NCBI GenBank assembly: GCA_037442635.1 | Contig: JBBIPV010000011.1 | Coordinates: forward strand, 11,636-75,635 | DNA from: Terriglobales bacterium | GTDB lineage: Bacteria; Acidobacteriota; Terriglobia; Terriglobales; Acidobacteriaceae | Direction: 5' to 3' | Length of the DNA: 64,000 nt | Shown here: positions 63,729-64,000 of the stretch, piece by piece | How positions within the stretch are numbered: position 1 is the stretch's first letter | Layout of the letters: each line of letters starts with the position of its first letter | Notes under the pieces: generated by a model | Database searches by the model: none | Told to the model about the DNA's origin: nothing | Seen by the model: the letters and a program-made list of their open reading frames with translations, nothing else | Made by a program: the position numbers and the translations under genes

Positions 63729-64000
63729 ATGAAGTTTCCGGCAGCCGGGGCTCTGACGACCCTCATCCTTGTTTCCTCAGCGCTGGCCCAAGCCCCCAGG
63801 GCCGAAATTTTTGCGGGCTATTCGTTGGAGCGAATCGCCCCTTGCGGAACCACAACCACGGCCCAGCAGGGCTCATCCTGCGGACTTGAGCTGGGAGAGC
63901 TGCAAACCAGCACAACTAACTACAACGGCTGGAACGCGTCCGCCACCGGTTATGTGAACCGGTTTTTCGGAGTTACGGCAGATTTCAGCGGCCACTACGG
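63729..64000 (+). CDS. outer-membrane beta-barrel protein, 5' part (runs off the window)
   Basis: The ATG at 63729 lies 9 nt after AGGAGG. MKFPAAGALTTLILVSSALAQA signal peptide, then AEIFAGYSLER...GWNASATGYVNRFFGVTADFSGHY. No stop before nt 64000, and this ORF is absent from the ORF track. Confidence 0.6.
   Translation, partial: MKFPAAGALTTLILVSSALAQAPRAEIFAGYSLERIAPCGTTTTAQQGSSCGLELGELQTSTTNYNGWNASATGYVNRFFGVTADFSGHY

Overview
GC-rich (about 60% by eye) bacterial chromosomal window with about 62 protein-coding genes. I found no rRNA, tRNA or CRISPR by eye. The gene content suggests an Acidobacteriota-like soil bacterium, which is an inference: several sigma-54 (NtrC-type) two-component systems, carboxypeptidase-regulatory-like and PQQ-like beta-propeller secreted proteins, many TPR and outer-membrane beta-barrel proteins, and a futalosine-pathway radical SAM enzyme.

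Recognisable blocks:
- lgt, then two NtrC-type two-component systems flanking an OmpA-family gene (0-10.5 kb).
- MFS transporter, hydrolase, TPR protein and fabI (12.7-16.7 kb).
- A 1.1-kb non-coding region with a hairpin-rich, purine-rich candidate RNA (16.8-17.85 kb).
- tsaE, nnr, a K-channel-like gene and two APC permeases.
- thiE, accC, accB and an M24 peptidase.
- A complete pilMNOPQ type IV pilus operon preceded by a small HTH gene (34.5-40.7 kb).
- CsgG-like, DoxX, two tandem OMP paralogs, DedA and argD.
- A PilZ-GAF protein and an S10 peptidase.
- An IS200-like Y1 (RAYT-like) transposase flanked by inverted REP hairpins.
- An LpxL-like acyltransferase and a SYLF protein.
- An Asp-less LuxR regulator.
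- A GntR(YtrA)-ABC operon bracketed by two DUF4386-like paralogs.

I did not recognise a new protein-based system such as a defence island. The unexplained signals are all non-coding:
1. Nine intergenic arrays of tandem HEPTANUCLEOTIDE repeats. Many are arranged as inverted arms that would form 25-40 bp hairpins, including one between accB and accC.
2. A REP/RAYT system in which a copy of a neighbouring gene's 3' end has been duplicated.
3. A roughly 350-nt untranslatable region with a multi-stem junction and a GNRA loop. Its motif order resembles the 3' half of RNase P RNA, but it lacks the universal core.
4. A 43-53 nt element repeated upstream of two secreted-protein genes.

All calls come from reading the sequence and the ORF track. 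No searches were run.
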